A DNA stretch of 64,000 bases from Deinococcota bacterium. GTDB taxonomy: Bacteria > Deinococcota > Deinococci > Deinococcales > Thermaceae. The DNA is taken from assembly GCA_041695225.1 (NCBI GenBank), contig JBGFRI010000025.1, forward strand, positions 1-64,000, written 5' to 3'. The notes below the pieces were generated by a model. That model saw only the letters and a list, made by a program, of their open reading frames with translations, was not told the origin of the DNA and made no database searches. The position numbers and the translations under genes were made by a program. Of the stretch, positions 24,047 to 34,558 are shown piece after piece; within the stretch, counting starts at the first letter, position 1; the number at the start of each line of letters is the position of its first letter.

Positions 24047-25021
24047 CTATACCCGGATGTTGACCCGCGCCCCACTTTCGAACAGGTGAATGGAGTCAAT
24101 AAAGCGCACCACCCTGGTTTCGTAACCCATAACGATGGTGTGGGTGCGAGCCCCTCCACCAAAGTAGCGCACGCCCTCGAGCAGCTCGCCGTGGGTTATG
24201 CCTGTAGCCGAGAAAACAATCTGCTTGCCCGGGGCCAGGTCGCCTGTTCGGTAAATCTTCTTCTCGTCGGCACCCATGTCCCTGAGGCGCCCCAGCTGGG
24301 TCTCGCTATCTGGCAGAAACCGCCCCTGAATCTCGCCGCCCATGCACTTGAGTGCTGCCGCGGCCAGCACTCCTTCGGGCGCTCCGCCACTGCCCATCAT
24401 GGCATGGACGCCGGTTCCACGAATGGCGACCGAAACCGCGGCCACCACGTCGCCATCGGTGATCAGCTTGACTCTGGACCCCGCTTCGCGTACTTCTCGT
24501 ATCAGTTTTTCGTGCCGGGGGCGGTCCAGTATGACCACCACCAGATCGTCAACTTTGCGCTGCAGCGAGTCGGCAATGATGCGCAGATTGGCCTCTACCG
24601 GAAAGTCCAGGCTGACCTTCCCGACAGCCGGGGGCCCCACCACCAGCTTCTGCATGTACATATCGGGCGCGCTGACCAGGCCCCCTTTTTCACTGATGGC
24701 AATAACCGTGATGGCGTTGGGCAGCCCTTTAGCGGTTATGGTAGTACCTTCTACCGGGTCCACTGCGATGTCTACTTCGGGGCCGCCACGCCCGACAATT
24801 TCGCCGATATAAAGCATGGGCGCTTCGTCCATCTCGCCCTCGCCGATGACCACCCGTCCCTGGATGGGCAGTTCCGAGAGCACCTCGCGCATGGCCTCGG
24901 TTCCGACCCCATCTACTTCGTCTTTTTTGCCCATGCCGGCCAGCCGGCTGGCAGCCAGGGCCGCGTGCTCGGTCACTCGGGCGACCTCGAGCACCAACAA
25001 CCGCTCAATCTCCATTTCCAT
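24047..25021 (-). CDS. glpX: Fructose-1,6-bisphosphatase class II
   Basis: [25 protein letters not shown] and GGAPEGV motifs. Confidence 0.96.
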   Translation of the reverse strand: MEMEIERLLVLEVARVTEHAALAASRLAGMGKKDEVDGVGTEAMREVLSELPIQGRVVIGEGEMDEAPMLYIGEIVGRGGPEVDIAVDPVEGTTITAKGLPNAITVIAISEKGGLVSAPDMYMQKLVVGPPAVGKVSLDFPVEANLRIIADSLQRKVDDLVVVILDRPRHEKLIREVREAGSRVKLITDGDVVAAVSVAIRGTGVHAMMGSGGAPEGVLAAAALKCMGGEIQGRFLPDSETQLGRLRDMGADEKKIYRTGDLAPGKQIVFSATGITHGELLEGVRYFGGGARTHTIVMGYETRVVRFIDSIHLFESGARVNIRV

Positions 25022-25087
25022 GCCCAGAGCTTACCAATGTTTTGCTACTGTGTGGTTTGGTATGGCTTCCAGGTCTACGCCCCACTG

Positions 25088-25711
25088 CTACTGCGGTTTG
25101 TGTCGGGCCCATAAAGCACGGGCCAGGTCGGCAGGCGAGATACCCTGTTCGGCCAGCAGGAAAAGTAAATGAAATAGCAGGTCTGAGGCTTCCTGCTCGA
25201 GCTCTTTGCGGTCGGTGTTTTTGGCGGCGATAATCACCTCGCCCGCTTCCTCCCCGATTTTCTTGAGCACCCGGTCCAGGCCAGCCTGGTGCATTCTGAC
25301 CACGTATGAGCCTTCGGGAAGCGTCTCAATGCGACGCTGGATGGTGCGGTAGACCCTCTCGAGCACCTCGCCAAGCGGAGGGTGATCGGAGGGGCTGCTT
25401 AGGGTATGGTGGAAACAGCTCTCGGCGCCGGTGTGGCAGGCGGGGCCGTTGGGGACGACCCTGTACAAAACCGCATCCTGGTCACAGTCTAGCACAACCT
25501 CGAGTACTTCCTGAGTGTTTCCCGAAGTCTGGCCCTTGACCCATAGCTGGTTCCGGCTGCGGCTCCAGAAGGTGCTCTGACGGGTTTCCAGGGTTCTGAC
25601 CAGGGCTTCGTGGTTGGCGTAAGCCAGGGTCAGAACCTGCCCCGACTGTGCGTCCTGCACAATTACTGGAATTAGGCCATTGGCGTCAAACTGGATATCG
25701 GCAAGATTCAT
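25088..25711 (-). CDS. hisIE: Bifunctional PR-AMP cyclohydrolase / PR-ATP pyrophosphatase
   Basis: SRSR..LWVKG, DCDQD, ACHTG..SCF and KKIGEEAGE motifs. Confidence 0.96.
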   Translation of the reverse strand: MNLADIQFDANGLIPVIVQDAQSGQVLTLAYANHEALVRTLETRQSTFWSRSRNQLWVKGQTSGNTQEVLEVVLDCDQDAVLYRVVPNGPACHTGAESCFHHTLSSPSDHPPLGEVLERVYRTIQRRIETLPEGSYVVRMHQAGLDRVLKKIGEEAGEVIIAAKNTDRKELEQEASDLLFHLLFLLAEQGISPADLARALWARHKPQ

Positions 25712-26106
25712 GGGTACACCTTTGCCAGCCCCTTACAACAGGCTTTATTCTCGGTCTCGGGGGGTGTATTTGCAATACTTGCCAGACGCCGACAGCGGAT
25801 AGCTCATAGCCGATAGCCTATGAGGCAGCCTCGTATCACCGGACCGGGACTGGACTGTCACCAACCCACACAACTGCCCAAATGTCACTCTTAGACCGTT
25901 TGACAAAAGAGTCGTATGCGGTTGAGTAAATTGATTTCACTGCTCCACTCCACGTCAGACCCATCGCTTCGTCCAGGGGTGAGACCGACGTGCAGTTCAG
26001 ATTTCATGATAAGACTTTGCATTGGCAGTAGGCCACCCTTCATCGCCAAGCTGGGCCTCCCAACCAGCCCGCCCTACGGTTAGCTCCCTTTCCAGTGCCG
26101 CACGCG

Positions 26107-26877
26107 TTATGGACTAGGTTGCTCAACGCGCACCGGAATACCTTGCTGGGCCAGGTAGGCTTTGAGTTCCGGGATGGAAATTTCACCAAAGTGAAAAACA
26201 CTGGCCGCCAGGGCTGCATCTGCAATACCGTCTTGTAGTACAGCCGCAAAGTGTTCTTTGCTACCCGCGCCCCCGGAGGCAATTAGCGGAATTTCCACCA
26301 CCTGCCAGACAGACTTGCACAAATTTATGTCAAACCCGGCCCTGGTTCCATCGGCATCCATACTGGTGAGCAGGATCTCACCGGCGCCCAGCTGGGCTCC
26401 CTGCTCGGCCCACCTGAGTGCGTCCAGCCCAGTAGGGGTGCGGCCCCCTGCCACGTATACCTCCCAGGAATTCCCTTTCCTGCGCGCGTCTATGGCCAGT
26501 ACCACGGCCTGGTTGCCAAAGTGATCGGAGAGCTCTCGGATGAGTTCTGGGCGGCTCACCGCAGCCGAGTTTACCGATACTTTGTCGGCCCCCGCCAGCA
26601 ACAGGGCTCTGGCATCGCTCAGGCTGCGGATGCCCCCTCCTATGGTGAAGGGAATGAAAACCTGCTCGGCAACCTGGGTCACGATATCGAGCATAATCCC
26701 GCGGTCCTCGTGGGTAGCGGTAATGTCCAGGAATACCAGTTCATCGGCGCCAGCCAGGTTGTAGGCTTTGGCCGACTCCACCGGGTCGCCCGCGTCGCGA
26801 AGGTTGACAAAGTTGATACCCTTGACCACCCGCCCGCCCTGGACGTCGAGACAAGGAATGATACGTTTGGTCAGCAC
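26107..26877 (-). CDS. hisF: Imidazole glycerol phosphate synthase cyclase subunit
   Basis: [31 protein letters not shown] motifs; start moved to GTG 26877 because the ORF-track extension runs through heptamer repeats. Confidence 0.95.
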   Translation of the reverse strand: MLTKRIIPCLDVQGGRVVKGINFVNLRDAGDPVESAKAYNLAGADELVFLDITATHEDRGIMLDIVTQVAEQVFIPFTIGGGIRSLSDARALLLAGADKVSVNSAAVSRPELIRELSDHFGNQAVVLAIDARRKGNSWEVYVAGGRTPTGLDALRWAEQGAQLGAGEILLTSMDADGTRAGFDINLCKSVWQVVEIPLIASGGAGSKEHFAAVLQDGIADAALAASVFHFGEISIPELKAYLAQQGIPVRVEQPSP

Positions 26878-26890
26878 CAGACTGATTGTC

Positions 26891-26946
26891 GGAGGTCGAA
26901 GGCCGAAGGTCAAGGGTCAAGGGTCGAGGGTCAAGGGTCAAAGACT
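26891..26946. repeat. Heptamer tandem repeat (AAGGGTC-type)
   Basis: gaaggtc aagggtc aagggtc gagggtc aagggtc. Confidence 0.85.
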
Positions 26947-27247
26947 GGCCAACGGTGGCAGTTGACCTCTGAGGGGGGCTCGAGGCCCAGGGCCGGCTGG
27001 TCTCCTAATCCCTCTGAGTCTTTACGCTTCGTAAGGATTTCTCTTATCATGACCGTGCAATGTTGCCTATCTGGGGGAGTTGAGCCCTTCAGGCTCTGCC
27101 ATGGCCTTTAGCTTTGGGCTTTCGGCTATCCTTGTAGCGGGATGGAGAGCCAGCTTCAGCTCGAGGCTGCACTGGTTGATAACCCGGCGGACAACCAATC
27201 AGAATCTGCGGCCCAAACTACTAAAGCAACAAGGATCAGCGCGATAA

Positions 27248-27670
27248 ATGAGGCTTCACATAACTGAACTTACCGATATTCGGTCGCCCGTTGCCCTGCG
27301 GCGGCGCGGCCTGGCGCAGCTTGCCGCACTGGCCCTGGCCCTGCAACTATTTCACCTGACGGTGGCCTGGCTGGCCTTGCCGGCCATGCCAGGGTTGCCA
27401 TTCTGGTTGGTCTGGGCAGTGATTGGTTTTTTCGGGCTGGTATTGCTGGGTCTGCTGGGGCTCAAGCTTCGGCCGAATGTGCGCCGACAAAAACTCGAGC
27501 CCGTGCGGCAGGTTTTTTTGGATGCGCTATGGCTGGGGGTTTCCTGCCTGGCAGCAATTTTTGCTGCCCGAATGAGTTTGGAGCTAGGGGCGGTGTTGTT
27601 TGTGGCTATTGGTTTGCTTGGCTATGGGCTTGCCTTTAGACGCTCCTGGCTTGGGCTCGGCAAAGCGTGA
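27248..27670 (+). CDS. Hypothetical membrane protein
   Basis: About four TM segments; host-like codon usage. Confidence 0.65.
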   Translation: MRLHITELTDIRSPVALRRRGLAQLAALALALQLFHLTVAWLALPAMPGLPFWLVWAVIGFFGLVLLGLLGLKLRPNVRRQKLEPVRQVFLDALWLGVSCLAAIFAARMSLELGAVLFVAIGLLGYGLAFRRSWLGLGKA

Positions 27671-28501
27671 CCACCAGGGTTTGCGGCTAACCGGCGGGCT
27701 CTCTAGCAGTTGCTGAACCTTGGGTAGTGCCTCCTCGGCCCGCTTACGGCCCAGCTCGTAGGCCAGGCGCACCCTGGTATAGTCGAAAGTCTCGATGGGA
27801 GGGTCGGCGGCCAGCGAGATTACCAGCTCGGCCTGGGCCAGGGCCATGCTCAATAGGCGGCGGCGCGAAGCCTCACCGGCCTGGAGGGTAGCTTCCAGCG
27901 CGCTCCGGGGTTCGTTGGGAACAATTCGATTGGAGATGTCAACCGCCACTACCGGCCCCATCCCCAAAGACCGGGCAGCAGTGACCGGAACCTTTTCGGC
28001 CACATCACCATCTACCAGTAGCCGCCCGTCCCAGCGCGCCGGCGGCAAAACACCAGGAACCGCACTGCTGGCTGCCAGGGCCTCAGCCACCGGCCCGGTC
28101 CGCAGCATGACCAGCTCACCGGTATTGAGATCGCTGGCCTGAATGATAAGCGGTATGGGGCTATCCTCGATGCGACGATCAGCAAACAGGGTGCGGTACC
28201 CCTGGCGTAAACGGGTACCCTCGGCCAGATAGGGCCGCCGCACGAAGTCTAACAGCCGACCAACCTGGTGCAGGGGGCCAGTTTTGTGCAGGCGCTCGAG
28301 CTCGGGATCCTTTAGCCATTCGCGCAGCTCTTTGTAGGACAAGGTAAGGCCGAAAGCATAGCTCGCAGCCGCCAGAGCCCCCGCAGAGCTGCCTACCAGG
28401 CCCACTATGGGAACTCGGGCCTCGGTCAGTACGTCCAGCACAGCCGTGTGTGCACCGCCACGTACCCCTCCGCCCCCAAGCGCCAGAACTATGCCCTTCA
28501 T
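27584..28501 (-). CDS. Patatin-like phospholipase
   Basis: GGGGVRG, GSSAG, SSAVP and LVDGD motifs. Confidence 0.88.
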   Translation of the reverse strand: MKGIVLALGGGGVRGGAHTAVLDVLTEARVPIVGLVGSSAGALAAASYAFGLTLSYKELREWLKDPELERLHKTGPLHQVGRLLDFVRRPYLAEGTRLRQGYRTLFADRRIEDSPIPLIIQASDLNTGELVMLRTGPVAEALAASSAVPGVLPPARWDGRLLVDGDVAEKVPVTAARSLGMGPVVAVDISNRIVPNEPRSALEATLQAGEASRRRLLSMALAQAELVISLAADPPIETFDYTRVRLAYELGRKRAEEALPKVQQLLESPPVSRKPWWSRFAEPKPGASKGKPIAKQTNSHKQHRP

Positions 28502-28618
28502 AACATTATGGTAACAAAACTGGTGAACCGTTCGCAGCGAGTCGAATAAAGTGAAGTGTCTCGAACCCTTTATGCGACCAATTCCCTTCACCGGGAACAT
28601 GCGCCGTTAGAACTGCCA

Positions 28619-29890
28619 TCAGGGGGTAGGCTCGAGCCTCTCCTTACCAAAAAAGGGCTGCAGGGCCTGGGGAATGTAGACGCTGCCGTCTTCGTTCTGG
28701 TGGTTTTCCAGCAGCATCACCAGAATACGCGGGGTAGCCAGGGCGGTGTTGTTGAGGGTGTAGGCAAAGCGCACCCTACCTTCCTGGTCGCGGTAGCGCA
28801 GGCTGCTCCGGCGGGCCTGCCAGTCGAGCAAAGCCGAGCAGGAATGGGTCTCGCGGTAGCGGTTCTCGCTGGGAACCCAGGTCTCGAGGTCTACCTGGCG
28901 GTACTTACCCAGACCCATATCGCCGGTGGACACTTCCAGCACCCGGTAGGGCAGTTCCAGGGCTTGCAGGATGCTCTCGGAAAGGCCAATCATGGTCTCG
29001 AACCAGCCCTTCGACACTTCTAAGTCGGCCTGGCAGAGTACGTACTGCTCCACTTTGTTGAACTGATGAACGCGCATCAGGCCGCGAACGTCTTTGCCGG
29101 CCGAGCCGGCCTCGCTGCGAAAGCAGGGCGAAAGCGCGCAGTAGGTTTTGGCCAGCTCGCTCTCGGACAGAATTTCTCCAGCGTGCAGGTAGTTGAGCAG
29201 TACCTCGGCAGTTCCGGCCAGGAAGGCATTTTCACCATCTACCGAATAGACCTGATCGCGGGCTGAGGGAAACTGGCCGTGACCATATAGCGCTTCTTCT
29301 CTGGTCAGGCTGGGAACGCTAAAAGGCGTGAAGCCCGCTTTGACCATATGGTCGAGGGCGAAGCGCAGCAGGGCCTGTTCGTAGAGCATCAGGTCGCCCC
29401 GCAGGATATACGAGCGCGAACCCGAAACCTTAGCCGCGCGCTCGAAATCGCCCCAGCCGTTTTTCTCCATCAGGGTTATGTGATCCAGTGGTTCAAACAG
29501 AAAGATGCGCGGTTTGCCGTGGACGCGGGTCTCCAGATTAAAAGAGTCGTCCGGGCCAACCGGCGAACCTTCCCAGGGAATGGTGGGGGTAAGATACAGC
29601 AGGTTTTTGAGCTGTGCTTCCAATTCGCGCAACCTGGGCTCTAATTCGCCCAGCTGCCGCCCAATCTCCCTGCCTTTTTCGATCAGGGCCGCCCGCTCTT
29701 CTGGCGGGGCATTCGCAGCGGCCCTGGCGTTAGCATTGCGCTCGGCCTGGAGCTGCTCAGTTTTTCGTTTGAGTTCGGCAACCTTCTGGTCAAGGGCCAG
29801 CAACTCGTCTAGATCGAGCGTACCGGCTTTTGCTTCGATAGCCTTGCGCACGAGTTCGGGTTTTTCGCGGATGAATTTAATGTCTAACAT
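28619..29890 (-). CDS. serS: Serine--tRNA ligase
   Basis: MLDIKFIR, GTAEV, FRSEAG, RVHQFNKVE and TLNNTALA motifs. Confidence 0.97.
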   Translation of the reverse strand: MLDIKFIREKPELVRKAIEAKAGTLDLDELLALDQKVAELKRKTEQLQAERNANARAAANAPPEERAALIEKGREIGRQLGELEPRLRELEAQLKNLLYLTPTIPWEGSPVGPDDSFNLETRVHGKPRIFLFEPLDHITLMEKNGWGDFERAAKVSGSRSYILRGDLMLYEQALLRFALDHMVKAGFTPFSVPSLTREEALYGHGQFPSARDQVYSVDGENAFLAGTAEVLLNYLHAGEILSESELAKTYCALSPCFRSEAGSAGKDVRGLMRVHQFNKVEQYVLCQADLEVSKGWFETMIGLSESILQALELPYRVLEVSTGDMGLGKYRQVDLETWVPSENRYRETHSCSALLDWQARRSSLRYRDQEGRVRFAYTLNNTALATPRILVMLLENHQNEDGSVYIPQALQPFFGKERLEPTP

Positions 29891-29892
29891 AG

Positions 29893-29970
29893 TTAGGTCT
29901 CAAGTCTCAGGTCTCAAGTCTCAGGTCTGTTTAGCCAGGTCCCGCGACCTTCGACCCGTGATCTGCGACA
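29893..29970. repeat. Heptamer tandem repeat (ARGTCTC-type) between gatC and serS
   Basis: aggtctc aagtctc aggtctc aagtctc aggtctg, followed by gacc-type units. Confidence 0.8.
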
Positions 29971-30258
29971 TTATTCAATCACTCTCGGCACTTTGAACTG
30001 GCCTGCTTCCTGCTCGAGGGCTACCGAAAGGGCTTCGGACTGGCTCAGCGAAGGTCCTATTTCGTCGGCCCGCAGGCGGTTGGTGATCTCCACCGGGCGG
30101 GCCATCTCGCCCAGGCCCGCGGTGTCGAGCTCATTTAACTCCTCAAAAAACCCCACAATCGAGCGCAGCTCGCTCTGAAGCCGGGCCTCCTCTGGCGGGG
30201 TGAGGGCAAGCCGTGAGAGCCTGCTCAGGTTCTTGATTAGCTCCGGAGAAATCTCCAT
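29971..30258 (-). CDS. gatC: Asp/Glu-tRNA amidotransferase subunit C
   Basis: LSRLSRLAL...LRADE...FKVPRVIE; likely start MEISPEL at 30258. Confidence 0.92.
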   Translation of the reverse strand: MEISPELIKNLSRLSRLALTPPEEARLQSELRSIVGFFEELNELDTAGLGEMARPVEITNRLRADEIGPSLSQSEALSVALEQEAGQFKVPRVIE

Positions 30259-30340
30259 ATGCGCCATTCTAACTCGGGAATGGTGGGAAATAAGCAACCG
30301 ACGCGGCCGGCCAGTTGCGAGTAGCGGGTATGCTGGGTAC

Positions 30341-31765
30341 ATGTCGCCCGAGGATTTCAAGCGCCTGGGATACCAGTTGATTGACTTTGTTGCCGAGTAC
30401 CGCCAGACGATTGAAGACCAGCCGGTGCTCTCGCAGGTTCGACCAGGAGAGATCAAAGCCTTGTTTCCTAAAGAACCACCTGTCAGGGGAGCAGGTCTTG
30501 CTGGCATACAGCAGGATCTGGAGGCCCTGCTCCCGGGTCTGACCCAGTGGCAGAGCCCCAACTTTTTTGCCTGGTTTCCCTCCAATGCACCGCTCTCTTC
30601 GGTACTGGCCGACCTGGTAGCCACAGGTTTTGGGCAGACCGGAATTACCTGGCAGGCCAGCCCAGTCCTGACCGAGGTGGAAGAGGTTATGAACGACTGG
30701 CTGCGGCAGATGTTTGGCCTGCCCGAGCCCTTTCAGGGCGTAATTCAGGACACTGCTTCCACCAGCACCCTGGTGGCCTTGCTTACTGCCAGGGAGTGGG
30801 CTACCCAGCATTCGCAAGAGCGAGGGGGCCTGCAGGCAGAAGAGCAGGCCCTTACGGTTTATGCCTCTGATCAGGCCCACAGCTCAGTTTTCAAGGCGGT
30901 CCTGCTGGCAGGTTTTGGCCGCGATAACCTGAGACTGATTGAGACCGATCAGGCCCATGCCATGTGTCTGGATAGGCTAAAGGCCAGCCTGCTGCGCGAC
31001 CTGGCCGAAGGGCGCAGGCCGTGCGCGGTGGTAGCTACCGTGGGCACCACCGCCTCCACCGCCCTTGACCCGCTGCGCGGCATTGCCGGGCTGTGCCAGG
31101 CCCATGGCCTCTGGCTGCACGCAGACGCGGCCATGGCCGGTTCAGCCATGATTCTGCCGGAGTGCCGCCCTTTGTGGGATGGCATTGAGCAGGCTGACTC
31201 CATTGCCATTAACCCGCACAAGTGGCTGGGGGCGGCCTTCGACTGTTCGCTTTACTATGTGCGCGAGCCCGAGCATCTGATCCAGGCCATGTCCACCAGC
31301 CCCTCGTACCTGCATTCCAGTGCCGATGGGCAGGTAAGGAACTACAAAGACTGGGGTATCGCCCTGGGGCGACGCTTCCGTGCGCTCAAAATCTGGTTCA
31401 CCCTGCGCGACCTGGGGGTAGAGGGGCTGCAAGCGCGGCTACGGCGAGACCTGGCCAACGCCAGATGGCTGGAAGACCAGGCCAGACAGGCTCCCGGATG
31501 GGAACTACTGGCGCCCGCACCGCTCCAGACGCTCTGCCTGCGCTACCAGCCAGGGGGCCTCTCGCCCGAGCAGCTCGATCTGCACACCCAGGACTGGGTG
31601 AACCGCCTGAACCAGAGCGGCCGGGCTTTCCTGACCCCAGCCCTACTCAAAGGGCGCTGGATGGCCCGGGTTTCGATTGGGGCAGAACCTACTCAGCAGA
31701 GCCATGTGGAAGCCCTCTGGAACTTAATGCAACAAGAAGCAAAGAAGGTGGAAATTGGCATCTGA
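30341..31765 (+). CDS. PLP-dependent group II decarboxylase (aromatic-L-amino-acid decarboxylase-like)
   Basis: WQSPNFFAWFP, AHSS, HADAA, NPHKWL and LGRRFRALK motifs. Confidence 0.9.
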   Translation: MSPEDFKRLGYQLIDFVAEYRQTIEDQPVLSQVRPGEIKALFPKEPPVRGAGLAGIQQDLEALLPGLTQWQSPNFFAWFPSNAPLSSVLADLVATGFGQTGITWQASPVLTEVEEVMNDWLRQMFGLPEPFQGVIQDTASTSTLVALLTAREWATQHSQERGGLQAEEQALTVYASDQAHSSVFKAVLLAGFGRDNLRLIETDQAHAMCLDRLKASLLRDLAEGRRPCAVVATVGTTASTALDPLRGIAGLCQAHGLWLHADAAMAGSAMILPECRPLWDGIEQADSIAINPHKWLGAAFDCSLYYVREPEHLIQAMSTSPSYLHSSADGQVRNYKDWGIALGRRFRALKIWFTLRDLGVEGLQARLRRDLANARWLEDQARQAPGWELLAPAPLQTLCLRYQPGGLSPEQLDLHTQDWVNRLNQSGRAFLTPALLKGRWMARVSIGAEPTQQSHVEALWNLMQQEAKKVEIGI

Positions 31766-32438
31766 AGGCCTCGAGCCCTACCAACCACTGCGAACTGACG
31801 ACGGCTCGCTCACCCTGGTGCATCCGTTATTTGGTGAAGCCTATGGCTCCCGCTATGGAGCCTGGATGCAGGCTAATCAGCTTTATCTGCGACTTACCCA
31901 TACCCATCGGCATCCAGGCCCCAGGGTGCTCGAGGTGGGTTTTGGACTGGGGGTCAATTTCCGGGCCACCCTGCAGAACTGCCTGAGCCGGGGAGTACCC
32001 CTGCAATACCTGGGCTACGAGGCTTTTCCGGTTAGTGCCGAGCTGCTGGCCGCGGTGGAGATTCCACTGCCGCCCCGGACCCAGAACATCTGGGAAGAGC
32101 TGCTATCAAGCTGGGCCTCCCGGCAGTCTGAGCAGCTTGTTTTGCGGGGTGACTGGGGACGGCTCGAGGTTCGCTTCCTAGACGTGGTAGCAGCGGACTT
32201 CCCTGCTGAGTGGGTCAGCGCAATCTACCTGGACCCTTTTAGTCCTGAGGTCAACCCCGAACCCTGGCAGCCGCAGGTCTTGCGCCGGTTGTTTTGCTCC
32301 GGTCGGCCGGGCGCCCGCCTGGCTACCTACTCGGTGGCGGGGCAGTTCCGGCGCGATCTGCAAGCCGCGGGGTTTGTAGTAACAAAACTGCCTGGCGTTG
32401 GGAAAAAAGAATGGACTGTGGGGGAGCGACCCCCTTGA
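31755..32438 (+). CDS. tRNA mnm5s2U34 methyltransferase MnmD-like (MnmC N-terminal domain only)
   Basis: TDDGS, LEVGFGLGVN, YLDPFSP..NPE and ATYS motifs. Confidence 0.85.
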   Translation: MASEGLEPYQPLRTDDGSLTLVHPLFGEAYGSRYGAWMQANQLYLRLTHTHRHPGPRVLEVGFGLGVNFRATLQNCLSRGVPLQYLGYEAFPVSAELLAAVEIPLPPRTQNIWEELLSSWASRQSEQLVLRGDWGRLEVRFLDVVAADFPAEWVSAIYLDPFSPEVNPEPWQPQVLRRLFCSGRPGARLATYSVAGQFRRDLQAAGFVVTKLPGVGKKEWTVGERPP

Positions 32439-32468
32439 GGCCAGGCTTGTATGGGAGGGGGGCGCTGG

Positions 32469-33350
32469 TCAAAAGAATTTGGGTGGGGGGTTGCGGAAGC
32501 CCTCCAGCCACCCCTTGAGTATCATGCCTGCCCCGGCCAGCCCCCGCCGGTTGAGCCTGACCCAGAACAGTCCAAGGCTATTTAGCGTCCAGAAGGTCTT
32601 GCCCAACAGCCCGTAAGCGTCGGAGCGAATCAGCCAGGCCCGGTTGCGGGCCTCGAGAAAAAACTGCTCGTCCGAGGCGGTCAGGGCCGAGCTAAAGGGG
32701 CTCTGGGTCTTGTGGACCACCACGCTGTCTTTCACCAGAAAGCCCAGACCCCTTCGCAGCAGCCGGCCGCTATACTCTAAGTCGTCGTTCCAGAGAAAGT
32801 AGGCCTTGGTCGGCAGCGGGTGTTGCAGAACAGCCGTGCGCCGCACCAGCATCGAGGCATAGGTACCAAATCGGATCGGAACCAGCTCATGGCCCCAGGC
32901 CTTGAGGATCAGGCTGGGATGCCTCAGGTCGGGCCAGGGGAGGCCCATGGGGTGGGTTCGACCGTCAATCCAGGTCAGCCGGCTCAGAAGCAGTCCGGGC
33001 TCCTGGCCCAGGCAGTGGGCGCGTTCCAAGCCCTGCATAAGCCGGCCCAGGCTATCGGGCTCGGGGTGGGCGTCGTCATCCAGCAGCCAGATCCAGTCGT
33101 ACTCGAGGCCTCGAGCCATCTGTAGACCATAATGAAAACCGCCGGCTGCACCACTGTTTTCGGGCAGGCACCGGTACTCAACCTGGGGAAAATGCTGTTG
33201 CACCATCTCTTGGGTGCCATCGGTGGAGGCGTTATCTATAACCAGAATCTGGGCAACGGGATAATGCTGCTTTAGCAAAGCCGTCAGGCAGTCCTGTAAG
33301 AGCTGCTTTCGATTGTGGGTAACCACCAGGGCAAGTACAGAAGCGTTCAT
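32469..33350 (-). CDS. Glycosyltransferase family 2
   Basis: VTHNR, IDNASTDGT, WLLDDD and WNDDLE motifs. Confidence 0.9.
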   Translation of the reverse strand: MNASVLALVVTHNRKQLLQDCLTALLKQHYPVAQILVIDNASTDGTQEMVQQHFPQVEYRCLPENSGAAGGFHYGLQMARGLEYDWIWLLDDDAHPEPDSLGRLMQGLERAHCLGQEPGLLLSRLTWIDGRTHPMGLPWPDLRHPSLILKAWGHELVPIRFGTYASMLVRRTAVLQHPLPTKAYFLWNDDLEYSGRLLRRGLGFLVKDSVVVHKTQSPFSSALTASDEQFFLEARNRAWLIRSDAYGLLGKTFWTLNSLGLFWVRLNRRGLAGAGMILKGWLEGFRNPPPKFF

Positions 33351-33355
33351 AAGAA

Positions 33356-34558
33356 TCAGGTCGAAGAGCCCTGCAGCTGCCGAGCAAGGGTAGCCCGGAT
33401 CTCCCCCGCAATCACCCGCAGAGCTCCCCCGGGGCCATTACGCTCCAGGCCCGCTTGCCGGGCTTCTTCGCGGGCCAGGGGATCGAGCATATACCGGCCA
33501 ACTGCTTGGGCAATAATACCAGCATCTGCTTCAACCAGACAAAGGGCCTTTCCCAGTAACCGGCTTTGCCGGAGAGCGAAGGGCCTGATGTACTGTGGCC
33601 CCGTGGTTGCAAAGGCCATCAGCGGGATTCCCATCGCGGCAGCCTGTTCGTTGGCGAAGCCAGCCGTGCCAATGGCCAGCTGGCTCAGGTGTAAAATGGC
33701 CGAAAAAGCCCCCCTGAGCAGCCAGACCTTATGAGGACCATGCCGCGCAAGCGCGGTCTGCTCATCCACTACTTCTAGCTGCCAGCCCTCGGCTAAAGGG
33801 GGGTCGGAAAAATCTGCCGCCCACGCCACCAGTGCTTGCATCTGGGGCAACAAGGAGGCGCTTTGCAGCATTATGGGCAGGCTGAAGCGCCGGTCATCAC
33901 GGCTTCCGGGCAGCAGCGCCAGTACCGGCCGGCCATCCAGCAGTGCGCTCAAGTCCCGCTCGGGTGCTGTGAGGGTGTCCAGGGCCATGCTGCCCACAAA
34001 ACGCGCTTTGTGCATCCCCAGCCGGTGGGCACGTTCCTGGCTTAGCCGGTCTCGCACATAAACAGCCTGCACAAAGCGGTGCATCCAGCGCTCATAGAAG
34101 ATATAGTCTTCCACCGGAAACTGGTTAAGCTGCTTCAGGCGCTGCCAAAGGCTGCGCCCGGCCCAGTAGTGGTGCGATATCAGCGGCTGGAGGTGAAACA
34201 AAGGCAGCCCGCCCCAGTCTGAAGCCAGGCAGCCCACCAGCAGAGCAAAGGCATCGCCGACCACGGCCACACCCCTGAGCTGCCGCCTGGCTACCTGGGC
34301 GGCGCGTATCTGCCCTAACAACTCGCCGACCAGACCTGCGCTGAGGTCGGCGATAAGGTTGTCAAGGCTGTTGAAAGGGAAGCCACCCGACGGCATCTCG
34401 CAGCGCGGGCCAAGCATTTCAGCGACCCGGCCCTCGTACCGCCTCCCGGCCCCCACTAGCGGTAAGGCAGCCAGCGAGAGGCCGTCAAGATGCTTGCACA
34501 GAGTTGCGCCGATCAGGTCTTCGGCGTTGCCATTGGAAACTATGAGCAGATCGGTCAT
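33356..34558 (-). CDS. Lipid-A-disaccharide synthase-related GT-B protein
   Basis: SNGNAED, LPLVG, MPSGGF, LLPGSR and GTAGFANEQ motifs. Confidence 0.8.
   Translation of the reverse strand: MTDLLIVSNGNAEDLIGATLCKHLDGLSLAALPLVGAGRRYEGRVAEMLGPRCEMPSGGFPFNSLDNLIADLSAGLVGELLGQIRAAQVARRQLRGVAVVGDAFALLVGCLASDWGGLPLFHLQPLISHHYWAGRSLWQRLKQLNQFPVEDYIFYERWMHRFVQAVYVRDRLSQERAHRLGMHKARFVGSMALDTLTAPERDLSALLDGRPVLALLPGSRDDRRFSLPIMLQSASLLPQMQALVAWAADFSDPPLAEGWQLEVVDEQTALARHGPHKVWLLRGAFSAILHLSQLAIGTAGFANEQAAAMGIPLMAFATTGPQYIRPFALRQSRLLGKALCLVEADAGIIAQAVGRYMLDPLAREEARQAGLERNGPGGALRVIAGEIRATLARQLQGSST

Noticed and set aside
24005..25114. 369-aa plus-strand ORF
   Set aside because: Antisense shadow of glpX with no recognisable motifs.
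29971..30624. 217-aa GatC and 521-aa decarboxylase as given in the ORF track
   Set aside because: Their N-terminal extensions overlap each other; the likely starts are 30258 and 30341.
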